Shown piece after piece: positions 23,300-38,002 of a stretch of 64,000 bases of DNA. Position 1 is the stretch's first letter. Each line of letters opens with the position of its first letter. This stretch comes from Parasitella parasitica NRRL 2501 (lineage: Eukaryota > Fungi > Mucoromycota). Made by a program: the position numbers and the translations under genes. The stretch is taken from contig MU619383.1 of the NCBI GenBank assembly GCA_025201805.1, positions 3,861-67,860 on the forward strand, given 5' to 3'. The notes below the pieces were generated by a model, which saw only the letters and a program-made list of their open reading frames with translations, did no database searches and had not been told where the DNA came from.

Positions 23300-23860
23300 G
23301 GATCTCATTATTATTAAAAACCATTATGTAACAAACGATTACTTTTATTATCTGTGCAAATAAATTGGGTAATTTTAATTGATGCCTTTGCTTGAGCGGA
23401 ATAGCCACTGGGACGACCAAGGTCCAGCTATCAAACTTGGTGTGTTCTTTACTTTTGCTTCTACCCATGTCGTCAGCAAACAGATTAAGAGGGACATCAT
23501 TCACAGGCATATACTTTTCCCCAGGGAAATTGCCATTGGAAGGCTTTTTGAATCTCCAGAAATAACAGATCTGCCGAAAAAAGAAGCCTGATAACCTAAC
23601 AAACGATGTTGCTAATTCGCAATTGATGGCCAATCAATGAATTGATATGATTCCCGTTGATCAGAAATTACTTCTTGAATAGACGCAATCGTAATGGCAA
23701 CTGGTCGAACATGTGCATGAATACAAAAACTGTTCTCACCTTGGCTCATTTACTTCGAAAGCTTCTGCCATAAGATCTTCTCTTGATTGGCCATAAAGAC
23801 ACACACGAACAGCATACTTTTTGGGCTTGCCCCGAGTTTCAAAGGAAAACCTCATACAAA
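23300..23860 (-). pseudogene. Degenerate DNA-transposase fragment
   Basis: VPLNLFADDMGRSKSKEHTKFDSWTL resembles the P-x-x-x-x-x-D-D-x-S-G-N-x-S-K transposase motif as I recall it from fungal repeats. Flanking frames are broken. Confidence 0.45.
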
Positions 23861-23959
23861 AGGATCATATTTACTCTTGAACAATATCTCTAACAATAAA
23901 TTGAACTATATAGAGCAGACTCATTTGCAGTTGAAAGGAGAGATAGAGAAGATGGCGTC

Positions 23960-24240
23960 GTAAAAAAGTGTAAAAACAACAATAGATACAATTCAATTCC
24001 TTCTTTATTTCGGAAATAGGATAACGTGCAAACGTTAGACATTTCTGCTCTATTTATATTCGTTTTTGTAAACGGTCTGTCAGTCCGTTATGCCGTAACT
24101 GTCAGTCGGACCAAGTTAAAGTTTGTCTGTATTTGATTTCACATAACCAGGTACGGTATTCTAATACTGGTGTTCCTCACACATTTGTAAATAATATGCG
24201 TACACCAGCCCCTACATTGGTCTATGTGTCCCAAGTGCGG
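23960..24240 (-). repeat. ~250-bp dispersed repeat, copy 2
   Basis: Direct match to 63580-63850 and inverted match to 1580-1820. Confidence 0.85.
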
Positions 24241-24686
24241 TTTGCGATTCGATTTCTTTTTGCTGGTTCTTTAATTGGTTATAAATGCTTTGTGGTTTCA
24301 CGGCTAGATATTTAGGTTATCTGTTTGTTAGCTTGATTTTGGAAACTCTAATTTGGTTCCGTAAGAGATGACATTCGATCACTTCAGCACAGACAGCGAG
24401 AAAGACGTTAGGATCTCCAGAAGTGCAGAACGATTAAAGGCTCACGTTACCCTACCGCAGGCAAAAAAGACGTACAGAAATTGATAAAGAATCGCCTTAA
24501 AAGCGTGCAAGTATGACTGACATACGGTAAATTATAGATCAAAGTAAATACTGTGTTGGTTGCCGACTAGCTATACGCTATAAATTAAAGTACAGACATG
24601 CTAATTGCCCATGTAAAGTAGAAGACTCTATTTGTTGTGTTTTCTCACTGTGTTTATTTTTTTTATTTTTAAATCTATTACAACTG

Positions 24687-24856
24687 CGAAATACATTCAC
24701 TACGATGATCTGCATCCCACTTCTAAATTCATCCAGTTACCTTAAATTGATGTAGACTACATCTGTGCGCAGTTAATAAGATGTACAATACAGATTTATA
24801 CTATATAAGATATAGGCTAGAGATGGCATCATTAGGATGAATGACGCTATAGACTG
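24687..24856 (+). repeat. Fragment of the LTR-like family seen at 5238-6260
   Basis: Reverse-complement match to 6085-6260. Confidence 0.8.
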
Positions 24857-25245
24857 GATAAGACTATACAAGAAATGATATACGCTTATGGATCTATATT
24901 AATAATCTTCGTATAGAAGATGGATCAGGGTACCTCGGGTAAAGTCTATTTTCTCACTCACATAGATTTAAGCTATCTTTAGTCTGCTGATATGTCGGTT
25001 AGCACGAAGTTAAGATGCTAGTAACGCAGTAATATCGTACATGTTAAATTACGAGAGTAGAACATTTGCCCATAGCTTACATATATAAAGGTTCATCTAC
25101 CTGGCCAGTAGATGAACGGGAGCTTTATACACCTGTCGACTTGATAATAAAAACCTATACCTTTATCAAGTTGACATTATTGTTTTTTTTATAATTTTTT
25201 TCCGTGAATCCATATCACAACTTATACCGATTCCACGTAGGCCTT

Positions 25246-26725
25246 AAGCAGTGAGGCACTTATTTCAATTGATGAGCAAAGCATGAACTCCATAAACAAC
25301 CTGCTTATGTCTTGATATGAATTAATAGCCAAGATACCGTAAAATATGACTTCAAAAGCTATTTTTATGTAGCTTTATGTTTTGGTTAAAATAAATGCCA
25401 TTTAATCATAAATATCATTTCCCCCCCCCGCTTAAAGATCTATAATGCAATCTCTGACATCTTTACAAACTATTAAGTGATAGAGACACAAACTTCAGCC
25501 AGAATCTTCTTTTTTTGCACCATTCTACAACGTACCCAAGTTTCATACAGCTCCAACCATTTTTCGGATTTTGCTATGTTTGGACCCAAAACCTCGTATT
25601 TGATTTTCAGTTTTCAACTTTGGATCAACCTTCAGGGTCATTTTTTGGTAGAAATTTGCGGTTCAAACTAAGAATACAGGCTAGTACTAGTATAATAACT
25701 GTACATCACTACGTCTCCCGATTCTCGATATCTATCTTTACTGTTGAGATATTTCCAAAACCAGATTGTGCAAATTTTCAAGATTTTACAGCGTATGCTT
25801 CTATAACAAGTACAAAATCTTGCAATTAAGTCATGTACCAGCTTTTAAGTAAAGTAATAAAACATGTTTTATTAAACCTACTGGTAATAAACATGTTGCA
25901 TTCAAGCTCGAATTCGACAAGCTTGGGCAAATTTTGTCTTCTTACGTTAAACTTTGTTCCCCTTTTTCTCAAAAAACCACTATGACACTTTGGCTTGAGT
26001 GATTATTAAAATCTTTTTGAAACTTGATTTTCTACTAGATGTATTACTTTTTAGATATTTATGTCGAAAAAAATATTTTTTCGTATGTTTCTGGCAGAGG
26101 CTTGATTTATTTTTATAACTTTCAAGCAATCAATAGTTTTTAAATATACATGATATAGTAATGCAAACATAGAGCTGCAAAATAGCTACCGAATGGTTTT
26201 TGTTTGGTTAAAAAATATCAATTTTTAAGCGAGATAATTGCTGAAAACAGTATTGTTTTTTAACCTTTTGAATGGCTGCATTTTCGCCTTATAAGTCTAG
26301 GGCCGGAAAATTGTAGATTCATTTTGGTCGAGACAAGATTTTGATTTTTGGCAGAAAAAATAAAGCCACAGTTGTAAACAAAATATTGATGTGTAGGTAT
26401 TGACATGATGGTTTGTTTGGTCAACTTTATAGAGCTGAATATGCTCAAAATACTCTTGATTTTACTCAAAAACTATCAAAAAGGGCGTTTTTTGAATATT
26501 CGAGAATTGGTAATAAGGAAAAGTGTTTTTATAGCCCTGTAATCTATATGGTAGGATGCAGAATTTATTTTTTGTCTTAAAACACTTAGAACGCATATCC
26601 GATATACCTATTGCATTTATGAGATATCTAGCAATGAACCGTGCAAAAAAAAGCTCAAAACTGGTTGAGGTCAAATGGTAACGCAGTGCTGAGATTTAAC
26701 CTACAGCCTTTTTTTTTTCACTATA
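25246..26725 (+). repeat. ~1.48-kb dispersed non-coding repeat, copy 2
   Basis: Colinear match to 3748-5230. Confidence 0.92.
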
Positions 26726-27580
26726 AATGAGTGCCACGCCTATTTGAATTGAAGAGCAAAGCTTAATTCTAATAAGTACCTTGCGTATGTCTCCATATGA
26801 ATCGATATCTGAGATACTGTATAATACAGACTTAAAAACCATTTTTGTATAGCTTCATTTTTGGATGAAATAAATACCACGAAATCTGAAATATAACCTA
26901 CAGTATTTCCCGCTTAAAGGCTTAATTTACAGTCTCTAATAACTTTAAAAGCTGCCAAGTGATTTATCAGAATGAGAAATTATTCAAAAAAAAACGGTTG
27001 TGAATTAATCAGGTAAAGATCTTCTCGTTTATTACATAGAAAAAATGATGGTTTATATACTAGTGAATCTAAGTGGACTGATGGGAGGATAAGATATAAG
27101 TGTGAGAGACATGGTGTGATTTAGAGAATGGAACGATAGATTGTATCTATTGTTCATGAACATGTCACGTTGAGTTATAAATAAGGAACATGATCCATTG
27201 GGATATGTTCCTGAATTTTATCAGGATTGAGTTTACTTGAGTTTGACTTTCAGTTGGGAAATTGACACATCACTAAACGTTTAGAGATATTTTTTTTTTG
27301 CACCATTCTATAACATATCTGAGTCTCATGTATCTCTGATCATTTTTCAGATTTTGCTATGCTTGGACCCTAAATCTCATATTCGATTTTCCGTTTTCAA
27401 CTTTGGGTCAACCTTTAGGATTATTTCTAAGTAGGTTATGGGTTCAAGTTCAGACTATATCCTAATATTAGTAAACTAACTGTATGTCACACGATGTTTT
27501 TGGATTCTCGACATCTATCCTTGCTATCGCGATACTGTCAAAACAAGATTTTGCTTATTTAATATAGCATATGGGTCTAT
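26726..27580 (+). repeat. Third, more diverged partial copy of the 1.48-kb repeat, interrupted by a ~300-bp insertion
   Basis: 26726-26960 resembles the repeat's first ~240 bp. Similarity resumes at ~27285 (TTTTGCACCATTCTA...GATTTTGCTATG...TTTTCAACTTTGG). Confidence 0.7.
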
Positions 27581-27765
27581 TGTAAGTTATGTAGATAAAT
27601 ATTGATCAAGATATAGTTTTAGTATGAATAGAAGAGGTTATATCATTTATCCCAAGAAAAGCCTCCGGTTTTGTATCTGGTTTTAAGTTAGAAAAATAAC
27701 ACATTTGTTATATAAAACATTTTGCTGGCGCCGCCCTTTATGTTGGGAAAACAAAGATGATGTTT

Positions 27766-28760
27766 GTAATAAAATGGCACCTATTATATGGTACCAAAGT
27801 TACATTGGAAAAAAATCCAGATGGGTCATGGCTGATCCATCCAAGAAAGAAATACATGAAAAGCATAGGTAAACATTAACAAGTGTTGGTAGAAGCTTGC
27901 ACTCCTGATCAAAAAAGTACAATCCTACAACTCTGGCACATGCTAATGTTGAACATCGCTGCTCACAATCACAAATAAACAAATTCCAAACATGTATATA
28001 CAATGCAATTGTTAAAACAAATGCAATAATTCTAGATGCCAGAAATGGCTTGTTTATTACATAATAAGGAAAGCTCAGTCGCATTAGAAATAATCAGGGT
28101 CCTTAAACAGTACAATCCTTCCCATAAACTTTGTATCAATTTCAATACCAACATGTCGAAATCTCAATTACAATATAAGTGAGAGAATGTCAACAAAAAG
28201 CATTCTTCAAGTAAGCTGTCAAATAAGCATCTTCACTGTAGTGAAACTATTTTACAAGTAGTATAAATATAAGTTCTCTTAAAGAGCATGTTGTTGTATC
28301 CATATAATACCATGGTTACCACCGTTTCAAATCAGTTGTCATGGCAACCGTTCCTAAGCGGATCTAAAGTTGAATGGCATCAATTATTCTATTTAGTAAA
28401 TAGAAGTATTCAATAGAATGTCTTGTATAAGAAACCATCTATTTGGGTTCTACTTATTCTAAATTGTGAAGCTCAACCTATCGATGAATGATTCACATTC
28501 ATAACGTTTAGCTGATTAAATATAGAAATAGGTCTTGCTCTGACTACTACTGTGTTATAATCTTGTTTGACAATTAACTGTCAAACATGTCCTGATTGTA
28601 TTTTATAGATTTATTCTAATATAAATAGACAGTTTCTTGTCAATCAGTAAATCAATAGTTTTGTATCTGGTAAATTAAGTCTCTATTATTTTCTTATATT
28701 CTTTATATCATAAACAATCACCTGTTGTGCTCAATTTCAAGACCTGCTGGCACAACAATA
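27766..28760 (+). repeat. Fragment of the LTR-like family
   Basis: 27766-27946 is the reverse complement of 5649-5829. 28295-28760 is the reverse complement of 62975-63458. Confidence 0.8.
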
Positions 28761-31283
28761 TTTAATTTTACACTGCCATTTTGTAATTGAACAAGTTCCC
28801 TGATTTTACAGCATATTCAGTAAGATATAGCTTCCACATAATACTTTCTGCAGCGAAACGCAGTAATAAAGTATAGAAAAAGCGAGATACGATTAAAATC
28901 CCTCTTTATTTTGAATGTGGGTTAAATGTGCAATAGGTTGTTAATTTTACATATATCTATTCGTATTATTTGGGTGTCACCTTACTAGCAGACATTTGCA
29001 TCGTTATTTCTTAACGGTTCCATTATTTTTTATATGTTGTGTTTTAAATTCTAATTAGCCGTTCTGGCTTAGTAGTATACTATCATACTACGTTGATTAG
29101 AGATGGTCATTCATCAGAACAATAGAATAATTCTATTGTAGCTATCCTAATCTTACGTGAGTGCGAATCTTGTTGAATTGTTTATTGACGTTGTTGATCT
29201 AATGATGGATCAAGGACGGCATTCAAACGTGATTTTATACATGCGAGTAGGAAGCTTTCTCTGTTTGACGAATTGTTCCTTTTCAGGCTTTAGTTTGTGG
29301 CACAACATGCTATTTTGACATATGTCAATTTCTATCCCTGCTATTTGCTATCTTTGTAGTCAAGGCTATTATTATTGAGAAGATGAAAATTTTTTATGAT
29401 GGGAATCAAGTCTAGTTCATTTTACTTTCTAAAGATGTGAAACTAATACATCGGCATGGCTCTTTTTCCATTGACGGTTGGTGCTTTATTTTTCATTAAA
29501 TTACACTATATATTTGTAGTTGCAATTTCAGGTTGCTGCAAATAGTAATTTCTTAACTGCAATTATAGACACTACAGTATTACTTTTCTGTACACAATTT
29601 CAAAACTACGGTATGCACTACCACTAGGGCCTTGACATTCGTGATGAGGCTGACAGTTCAACAGGCGAATTCCTCAAAAAGAATATTTAACGCCCTTTTT
29701 TTTTATTATTATTAGTATTTAAGCTCTTGGTTTTTTTTCTTTCTTTCTTAAGTTTATCTCAACACGCTACTTTTAGGTTCTTTTTTTGTATAGGTGAAAA
29801 CCAACATTTGTGTTTTCAGCTTGACTTGTCCTACGAAGCCAAACGATGGCAGGACTGTAATCGAGCTAAATGAGATTTCACGGCTATTTTTATGTAGTAT
29901 ATTCCCAGAAAGGTGGTTACAAAGAAGATAGGCTAAGCAGCCTATGGCATCAAATCAATAGATAGTACAACATATCTAATTGCAACGTAGAAAGAATAGC
30001 ACCTGCTGTCGTGTTACAAAGTTGCCATATTATGGCTATTTTGATTTGGTATGATACCGTAATGCAAACGATATTATAGGCTCTTGATGGGCATAATGAA
30101 ACTGTCGTATGATTGTAATTGAGCGAAGCAAGATTAAACGGTTAGTGATGTTTGAATTTTATCGGAAATGGTTGATTTATGGTTTCCGTGATCTCCGGCT
30201 GGTCTGTAGTTCATACTTGTCCTACATAGTACCAGGCGCTGGCTATACCTCAGCATAACGATACTGTAGCTGCAGTGACCCAAAGCTTGCAACTGAAAAC
30301 CAGGTTGTTTAATAAACATACCGAATGCAAGTACAATGAATATAAAGCAGCTTGCTATTATGAAGGACATGTCCAATAAGAAGAAATAGCATTGATATCT
30401 TTTGTTTAATTGTTTGTAAGACAAGGCCTCACGTTACTTTTTGGAAAAAAAAAGATTTGCGTAGTAACTGCTATGGATTTTGAAGAGATTTGTAATAGTG
30501 GATGACTAGGAAATGAGCTAGCAGCTTTTCGAGTAGGATGGATGTAGAGTACAAAAAAGTCTTTTTCTTTACATATACAGTAGTCGATATGAAAATTGCA
30601 AGTATTGCCTTTGATTTTATCCTTTCTGTCATTTTGAAGTGATCTTGAATTATGGCTTTGCTAATGTGCCGAACTAAGTTAAATTAAAAAAAGATCAAGG
30701 AATCCAAATATTCTCTCTTAAAATAATGCATGTAATAAATTTATGTAATTTGTCGACCTCTGCATGACCGCAGCAAAGGGTCAATAGTTCGACTTGAACC
30801 TACCCTGGATGTGTTTGTTTAGTGTCTTTCAAAGCACTGCCTTAGCAAAGACACTTTTTACATGGCAATGACCAGTCGAGCGAACCTAATTTAATTTTGT
30901 GGTAGGTATCTTTTTGATGTCTCAAATTAGAAGTGGCAAAGACATCGTTTCATCTATTCAGATTCTTGGTGTCTAGTTCCTTATATCATTAATGCGTTGT
31001 TATTGATGTCCATAATATGTAGAATGCACTTGACATAAAAATACCTTGTTAATGTGGCTGTTTGATGTAACATTGGTGTTTGTTTCCTGATATCAAGTAT
31101 AGTCAGGGACGGCATGATGCATGTACTTTTTAGTAAAATGTGAGGCATTGTTACGCCATGCCCATACCAAAAAAAGGATATCTGATGCTTTTAAAATTGA
31201 CCATCTGCTCGACCCCCTCGAATAGGCTTTTCTCTCTTTTGTACTTTTTGGTTTTTTTTTATTTATTTTTTTTCTTTTTCTGT

Positions 31284-33033
31284 ATGGCTCACATGGCTGA
31301 AAGGATAAATCTAACAGATTCATGGCAAAATGAGCTTGAACGCTTGAATCTACATGATACGTTGACTCGACAAGTATGTTTGTATATATTCAATTGTCGG
31401 TTCGTTTGCCCTTACTAACAGAAAACGATAAAATTTTAGTCATCTCACAACGACGCACATAAATTTCAACATCGATTAGATGAGCGCGAAGATCAAAAAG
31501 ACAATTTGTACGCAAATTACGATTCACCAGTGTCACTTCGCTACAGAGATTCTGTCAGTTCAAATGCTTCATCTTTACTATCTAGGAATTCTACCATCTC
31601 TTCGACAGAGGCTCGTAACGTTAGTACGATGGCATCCTCACCTAAAACAGATGCACATTCACCGCCTTTAAGACTCTCTACCGCATGGGGTAGCGAGCAT
31701 CCTCCAAGACATGATTCTCCAAATAGCCTTTCTCCCATTCATTCGCAATGCTCATCTCCTCCTATTGAGCCGCTTTCCTATGGGAGTTGCAATTTAACAA
31801 GATACTCGTCAGTGGTAAGCCCAAACGGCTGCTTTGTCCCCAGTAAACCATTACCGTTTATACAAAAGACTGATATTACAAAGCACCATTACGTTATACC
31901 TACATTTGCAATGGTAAATACGTTGATCTATATTGATTCATTGTAAAAATATTTACTCACTTCTGCTCGTTTACAGGCAGGCCAAAGCCAGGCAGAGATC
32001 ATGAAACTGTTGTTTAATCACACTGACAGTCAACCGTTTGCAGTAAATATTTCTTGCACAGACATGATTTGTATTTTATTGATGCTGACCCTGCTCCTTT
32101 ATTGATAGCCCAAAGAAGAATACGAAAGAACAATACCATGGCATATTGATCACAACCACTCTTTGCTCACATTATCTCAATACACCAGTTTGGGCCAAGA
32201 TAACCCTGTTTCACGAAATTACTTGATAGGATTAGGCCAAAGACTAGGCATTACAACCATCCTCGTCATTGTTTCTATTGAAGTCATGTGCGTAAATACA
32301 AGATAGGCCAATATGAAGCACATTGAATTAACATTTAATTAGTGGCACTGTGTACCCTTTACTAAATAATCTTGTAAAAGCCATGGAGACGAATGCAAGT
32401 GCTAATGATCATGTTCAAGAGGAGCAGGCTTCCTGGTGGAGCCGTGTTGTGCTTGTCATCAACCAACAACACGGTGTCAGCGATCAGGCAGCATACGCCC
32501 AGCGTAAAGCTATATTGGTGGATGAAATGCCTCGAATTCAAGAACGATATCGGCTCTCGAGACCGTTATCTACGCTCTTTATCAGCACGCTAGTGTATGA
32601 CCAAATAAAAAACACAGAAGAAGGATTCAATTACAAACTCTGTTGTCAACGAATCTTATGGCAAATGATGGAAAAACACATGCTGACTGGCCGATGGTGC
32701 AGTGAATTGCTGAGTTTCCAAAACAGATTGAACACGAACGGTAGCAATGGCAACAGCAGTCAACTCAATATCTTGAATGAGGACGAAGAAAGCAGTTCCA
32801 GCAGTGACGAAGCTATATTTCAAACTGTCATTGAGTATGATGAAAATGGAAAAGTCAAAAAGCCAGAGAAAAAAAAGAAGCAGAGAAAGAGAACAATGTT
32901 AGTGCACCAACAAACAAAAATGACATCCTCATTACAGAGACGATCGACACGACGCCAAATTCAAAAATTGCATTGCCATGATGGTGATGATGGTTCAACT
33001 CTGCCATTACCCATTAGAAACCATACTTCTTGA
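31284..33033 (+). CDS. Hypothetical protein (multi-exon, Ser/Pro-rich N-terminal half)
   Basis: Successive open exons separated by short GT-AG introns. No recognisable family. Confidence 0.7.
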
Positions 33034-33376
33034 GCTTTTTTTTTTTTTCTTTTTTCTTTCCCTTTTCTGACAGGACTCTCTGTAGTTTGCCGCTTACATT
33101 CTATCATTATGTTTTTAATCATCTTGTATCCTTTATTTATACCTCCTATTTATTACCATCAACTGTTTACAATGTATATTTTAGACCCTTTCATCTCAAT
33201 AAATCATTCATTTATCTGGCTCGTCGATGTGTCCGGGGACGTTTAAGTTTACAAATCATGTGCAGAATACATTATACTGAACTGAAAATTTTACTTGGTC
33301 ATTACATTTTAACAACCAACTATTGTAGAATAAATTACCATTGAGTTTTTCTTGTACTAACATTTAAATCCTCCAT

Positions 33377-35694
33377 TTATTTTTGAACAAGATATCTTTC
33401 AGCAATGTCTCCAAATTCATCCAAGACACTATGAATTGTCTTTCTAAAGGCAACAGAGTCTGTTTCTTTGTAATGCTTCCATGAGGTAACACTCATGCGA
33501 ACACGCTCTTTACCAATAGCATAATTGATGCCATAGCCTTCAGGAACGACAGCACCAAATCCTCCCCAAGCCAAGTCACCGGGAGATGTGTTTGAGGTAG
33601 ACAATTTCCAGTATTGGGAGCCCCAATATGATGGATCTTGGAATATGGCAGCATCATCAGAAGCAGCCTCTTCAGGTGTCATTTGACAACGCAAGCCCAA
33701 AAGATGGCGGTCGACACCGTGGCCGTTACTAGCTGCCTTCATATATTCTAAATGACTAGTAATGGCTTTTTTGAGCAAGTCCAATTTCTCAGGCATCTAT
33801 ATGTTCAAGCTTAGTGCATTGAACCGTTTCGCTGACACGCTCAATTATTTACCTTGATATTCTTGTCTTGCCATCCCTCGGTAAACGCAACTGTCTCTGT
33901 GGAGCATGTGCGCACAGTTTCAGTACGACCGGCAATAAACTTGCGAGTGGATGCAGATTCGTAGGTAGGACAGTGGGTCCCATAGTGTTTGAAATAAGCA
34001 AGCTGGTAGACCATTTGAAGCCAGCCATCAGGGCTGACCTTGGCTTGTTTCATGAAATTAGATCCGTATTCAGGATAATGGAGCAAGACACTGTCTAGAT
34101 CGTCAATGAGGGTGGATGCATTTTTTTCTGCAGTTCGAATTGCGAGCCCCAGCTTGCTTGAAACTTGCCATTTGAGGAGAGTGGGTTTTTCCAAGTTGGA
34201 AATGGCGGCATCAGACATGGTGTCCTCAATGGGTTCCCTAGAAACACATGCGTCAAAAATACAACGTACGGCTTATCACTCATATTGATTGTAAAACTGA
34301 CTTGGCTAATACATCATCTACAATTTTGGAAGGAATGACAGCATCTGCAGGAGAATGCTATAAATGTTGCTTAGCAACCGACATGTACACATATATACTG
34401 CTCTAAAACATGTATTTTACCTCGCCATTAATACCAGCACGACCATTATTCTCTACAATAAACTGTAATCCTTTATCAAACCATCTATTTCTACCGTTGC
34501 GACCATGGAAAATGTTGCGATGAGACAAATCAAGGTCTAATGGAGAGCTGTAATCATCGAGACAAAAGACAAAGACGGAATCGTCAATGTTTTGAAGAGA
34601 TTTGGCATTTAAAGGTTGTGTCTCCATTTCTTCGCGAATCTACCACTTTTGTTAATACCGAGTACACGAGCCTGCAATGGAAAACATACCGAACCCCAAG
34701 TATCACGATGCTCGGTAGTCAATACGCCAACAGGAGCCTGACGCTGTTCGACAGGCGTGTTTTCAACTTGGTCTACCACATCGCGAAGTTGACTATGCAC
34801 TAACAAGGTTAGAAATATGATTTTAAATGTATACACACATAACAGTAGAAACTTACTCTTCTAATTTCTTTACAGATACAGTTTCTCCATTGGGGCCAAT
34901 GACTTGTACAGAAAAGATCTGATCCTTATAGATGACGTTGATATGTTTGTTCAAACAGGGCCATTGAGTGATAACCCTATCAGTTCCTGAAGCAGCAATA
35001 CGGCTCGTCCCAAACATATTCTTAAGTTGATGCATGCAAAAAGGACCTGATCGGGAAACATCGGGAGGGATCTGCTCACTACAGAACCATGAATAACAGT
35101 AATATAAGGGTTTGCAAAAGTGCTACCTACTTGTTGACACGGTTAGAATAGTCGATCAATCCAGCAATTATGCCAGCCGACCGCTTCAATTGAAAATCAG
35201 TTACTTTTCCATCCTGAGCTCCTTGGCCTAACCCAGTAACAGGATCACGGAACTGATTCCACCAATTGACGTTGATCAAAGTAGGAATGCGATACTCGAG
35301 ATACCCCTTTTGCAGCCAAAGCTGATCCAGCCAATTAAGCCCTTTTGCAGTTTCCTGGTCATCGAGTCTGTGCAAACGAGACTGTAGTTTTTGCGCTAAA
35401 CCATCCGGTTGGAAAAACTGATCTACCTTCTTGCTTACATCGACATGTTCAGACGCGGAAAGCAGGGGAAGTAAACTGCGTTTGTAACGCGCTGCCGTCA
35501 AATGGAGCTCGGGGATGGGCAAACGAGGTAGTTTGGATTGATTTGAAAAGGTGGGCGGTGCTGCAGTTGTATAACAACGACGGCCAGCAATACTACTACT
35601 ATGATGTTAGATGATGTCGGCTTTGGTTTGATTGTCTTCTGTGCAAATACCCGGATGAACGCAGAAAATGCAATCGACTAGACATGCTGTTCAT
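33377..35694 (-). CDS. Carnitine/choline O-acyltransferase family protein, probably mitochondrial
   Basis: TFSNQSKLPRLPIP, NRWFDK, GEHSPADA (catalytic His), TYESASTRKFIAGRTETVR, GHGVDRHLLGL, LSTS, GFGAVVPEGYGINY. Arg/Ser-rich presequence. Confidence 0.93.
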
Positions 35695-35865
35695 GTGCTC
35701 AAAGACGAGAAGAAAAGCAAAGGAAAGAAAAAAGGGGTGAGAAAATTGCTTATACATGTGTAAATTTATGTTTGAAGTTTTTCATGTGATTGTTATAAAC
35801 AACATTGCCCTTACCGGGCCGTCACTGCATATCAATGAAAGAGTACTAGTATTAATTTACTGTAA

Positions 35866-37194
35866 TCATTGATAAGGATAGCTCATCGTGTTATTGGGTC
35901 TAGGAGGATATCCCATATTAGAAGGTGGGGGTGGAGGCGGTCTATTGTTTTGCTGTGGAGGGTAAAATCCTGCCTGAGGTGGGGGCGGTGGTGGGTAGGG
36001 CTGCTGCTGCTGCTGCTGTGCAGGATCATGAAATCCACCTGGAGGACGTGGATAGGGTGCTGGCGTGTGGTAAGACTGCCGTTGTTGGTTGTGATAGTTC
36101 GCTATGGAAACAAAGTTAGTATTATCAGATAACTGCTCCAAGAAAAAACTAACCAGGGGCGGGCCTCATTGCTGGAGACGGGGCTGGTTGATACGATGCT
36201 GATAGTAATGGTGGGTTAGCATGAGGCTGTGGAGAAGGTCGGTACGACTGGATTGGTGGTTGCGGCAAAGGCCTTTGATTATGCTGCATTATAGGTGTTG
36301 GAATATGCATGGGAGATCCATTGTTATAATGAGGCTGTTGCGAAGTGCTTGAATACGGCTGCTGTGGTGGTGGGGGCCTGAACGGTTGCTGTGGCGGCGG
36401 GGGCCTGAAAGGTTGCTGTTGCGGCGGTGGTGGTGGAGGCCTATGCAGTTGTGGCGGAGGAGGTCTATGTTGCTGCTGAGAAGGATGAGGGCGGAAATTG
36501 CCGCCAGGAACATGTCCTGGAGGATATTGGTATCTCACTTGCTGTTGAGGTCTCGCAGAATTTTGCTAGGATTGTCAATGGTTAGTCGCAATTCCACTGT
36601 TTGAATCGTAGCACACTTACTGCAGAATAAAAAGTCAATTCCAAATAAATGAGCCCTGTGGTCGGCCTGCCACACATCTGCAGTGGAAAATAGCCATCGT
36701 GTTCTTTATCCCGTAACACTTTTGCCAAGTCAACCACGCCATCACCCATTAGATTGTTCGGTTTCGTATCTTTATCAAAGACTTGAACATGCAATTGACG
36801 TTGCCCGGCTGCCACTGGGATGTTGACCTGTTTTTTTTTCCCTTATATTTAGCTTTGTGTTTTACATGCACTATTATTCAGATGTACCTGATCATCCCAG
36901 ATTGGGTAAAGGCCTCCGCCGTAATCCGTCTTTGTTCTTTTCACTACGTCTCCAACTCTAAACAAGCAGAAAGGATCTTGTTTACCTGGCGCCTATTCCA
37001 TATGTCAAATAGACTTAGCCATTCCACATTTTTCATTACCTTGGTTATAATTCATTAATTTACCTGATGCTGTAATTTTTCCTGAGAAAAAGAGCAATTC
37101 AATACCATTGGCAACACAAGAAATATCTCTGACAACTTACAGCTTTAAGTGCAACCACAACAAGTTCGCCTGCTATAGGAGGAGGATGAGCCAT
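35866..37194 (-). CDS. C2-domain protein with Pro/Gln-rich tail (Inn1/Fic1-like architecture)
   Basis: GELVVVALKA...KQDPFCLFRVG...TKTDYGGGLYPIWDDQ...VQVFDKD...GLIYLELTFY, followed by PPPPQQ repeats. Confidence 0.8.
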
Positions 37195-38002
37195 TATTAT
37201 TCAACTACTGGAAAATCTCTTGATAGCAAAAAATAAAAATAAAAATAAAAATAAAACAAAGAAAAGCTTAGGCTTACAAGACCATGAAATATTATATTTT
37301 CGGACGTTGGAAATCATTACAAACAAGCTCATGACTGTCTCAAATGCGCTGACAAAACCACTACCGAAAGATCGTCTGAAGCAGCAGAGTAGGGTGTGTG
37401 TGTGTTTTTGACAGAAATGCAAAATTAGAATAGCTTTTCATATGAAAACCCAGCTTAAAATTTGGTCCTCTCGACTTTGAGAAAGGAATAGCATATACAA
37501 TCTTGCGAGATACACGTGGGCTTTACAAACATGTATGTATTTCGGTAGAAGAGCTTACTTAGATATAGTGTTTACAGATGCCATCTCCACCGTTGCAGTA
37601 ATAGTATCACTTTTTTTATTTTCACTTGTGCATAATCTCAATATACTAGATTTGATGATTTCCGATCTCTCGTCATTTATCTGCGCCAATCTAGTGTGAT
37701 TATATCGACTCTTGCCCGCACGTATTCGCCTAGTTGGACCAGCAGTTTAAAAGAGGAATGGAAAACAAATTAGTGTCCATTGAAGCATTATTTGAGTGTA
37801 TATCTCATCTATTTTGAACCGGGCTATAACCTTGTTTACCCTCGTTTAATAAAGATAATGTGCTGTAAAGACATTGACTTTGCGTTATAACAAGTTGTTA
37901 ATTAAAGAATTATATCTCAAAATGCACATAATGATTTCTTTTTAAGCTTTATATCGTTCGATAGAAAGACAAGTGTGCAATTTTTATCCAGGATACAAGC
38001 AT

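Noticed and set aside
28800-31200. Long intergenic region
   Set aside because: No convincing ORF, repeat or RNA structure found by eye.
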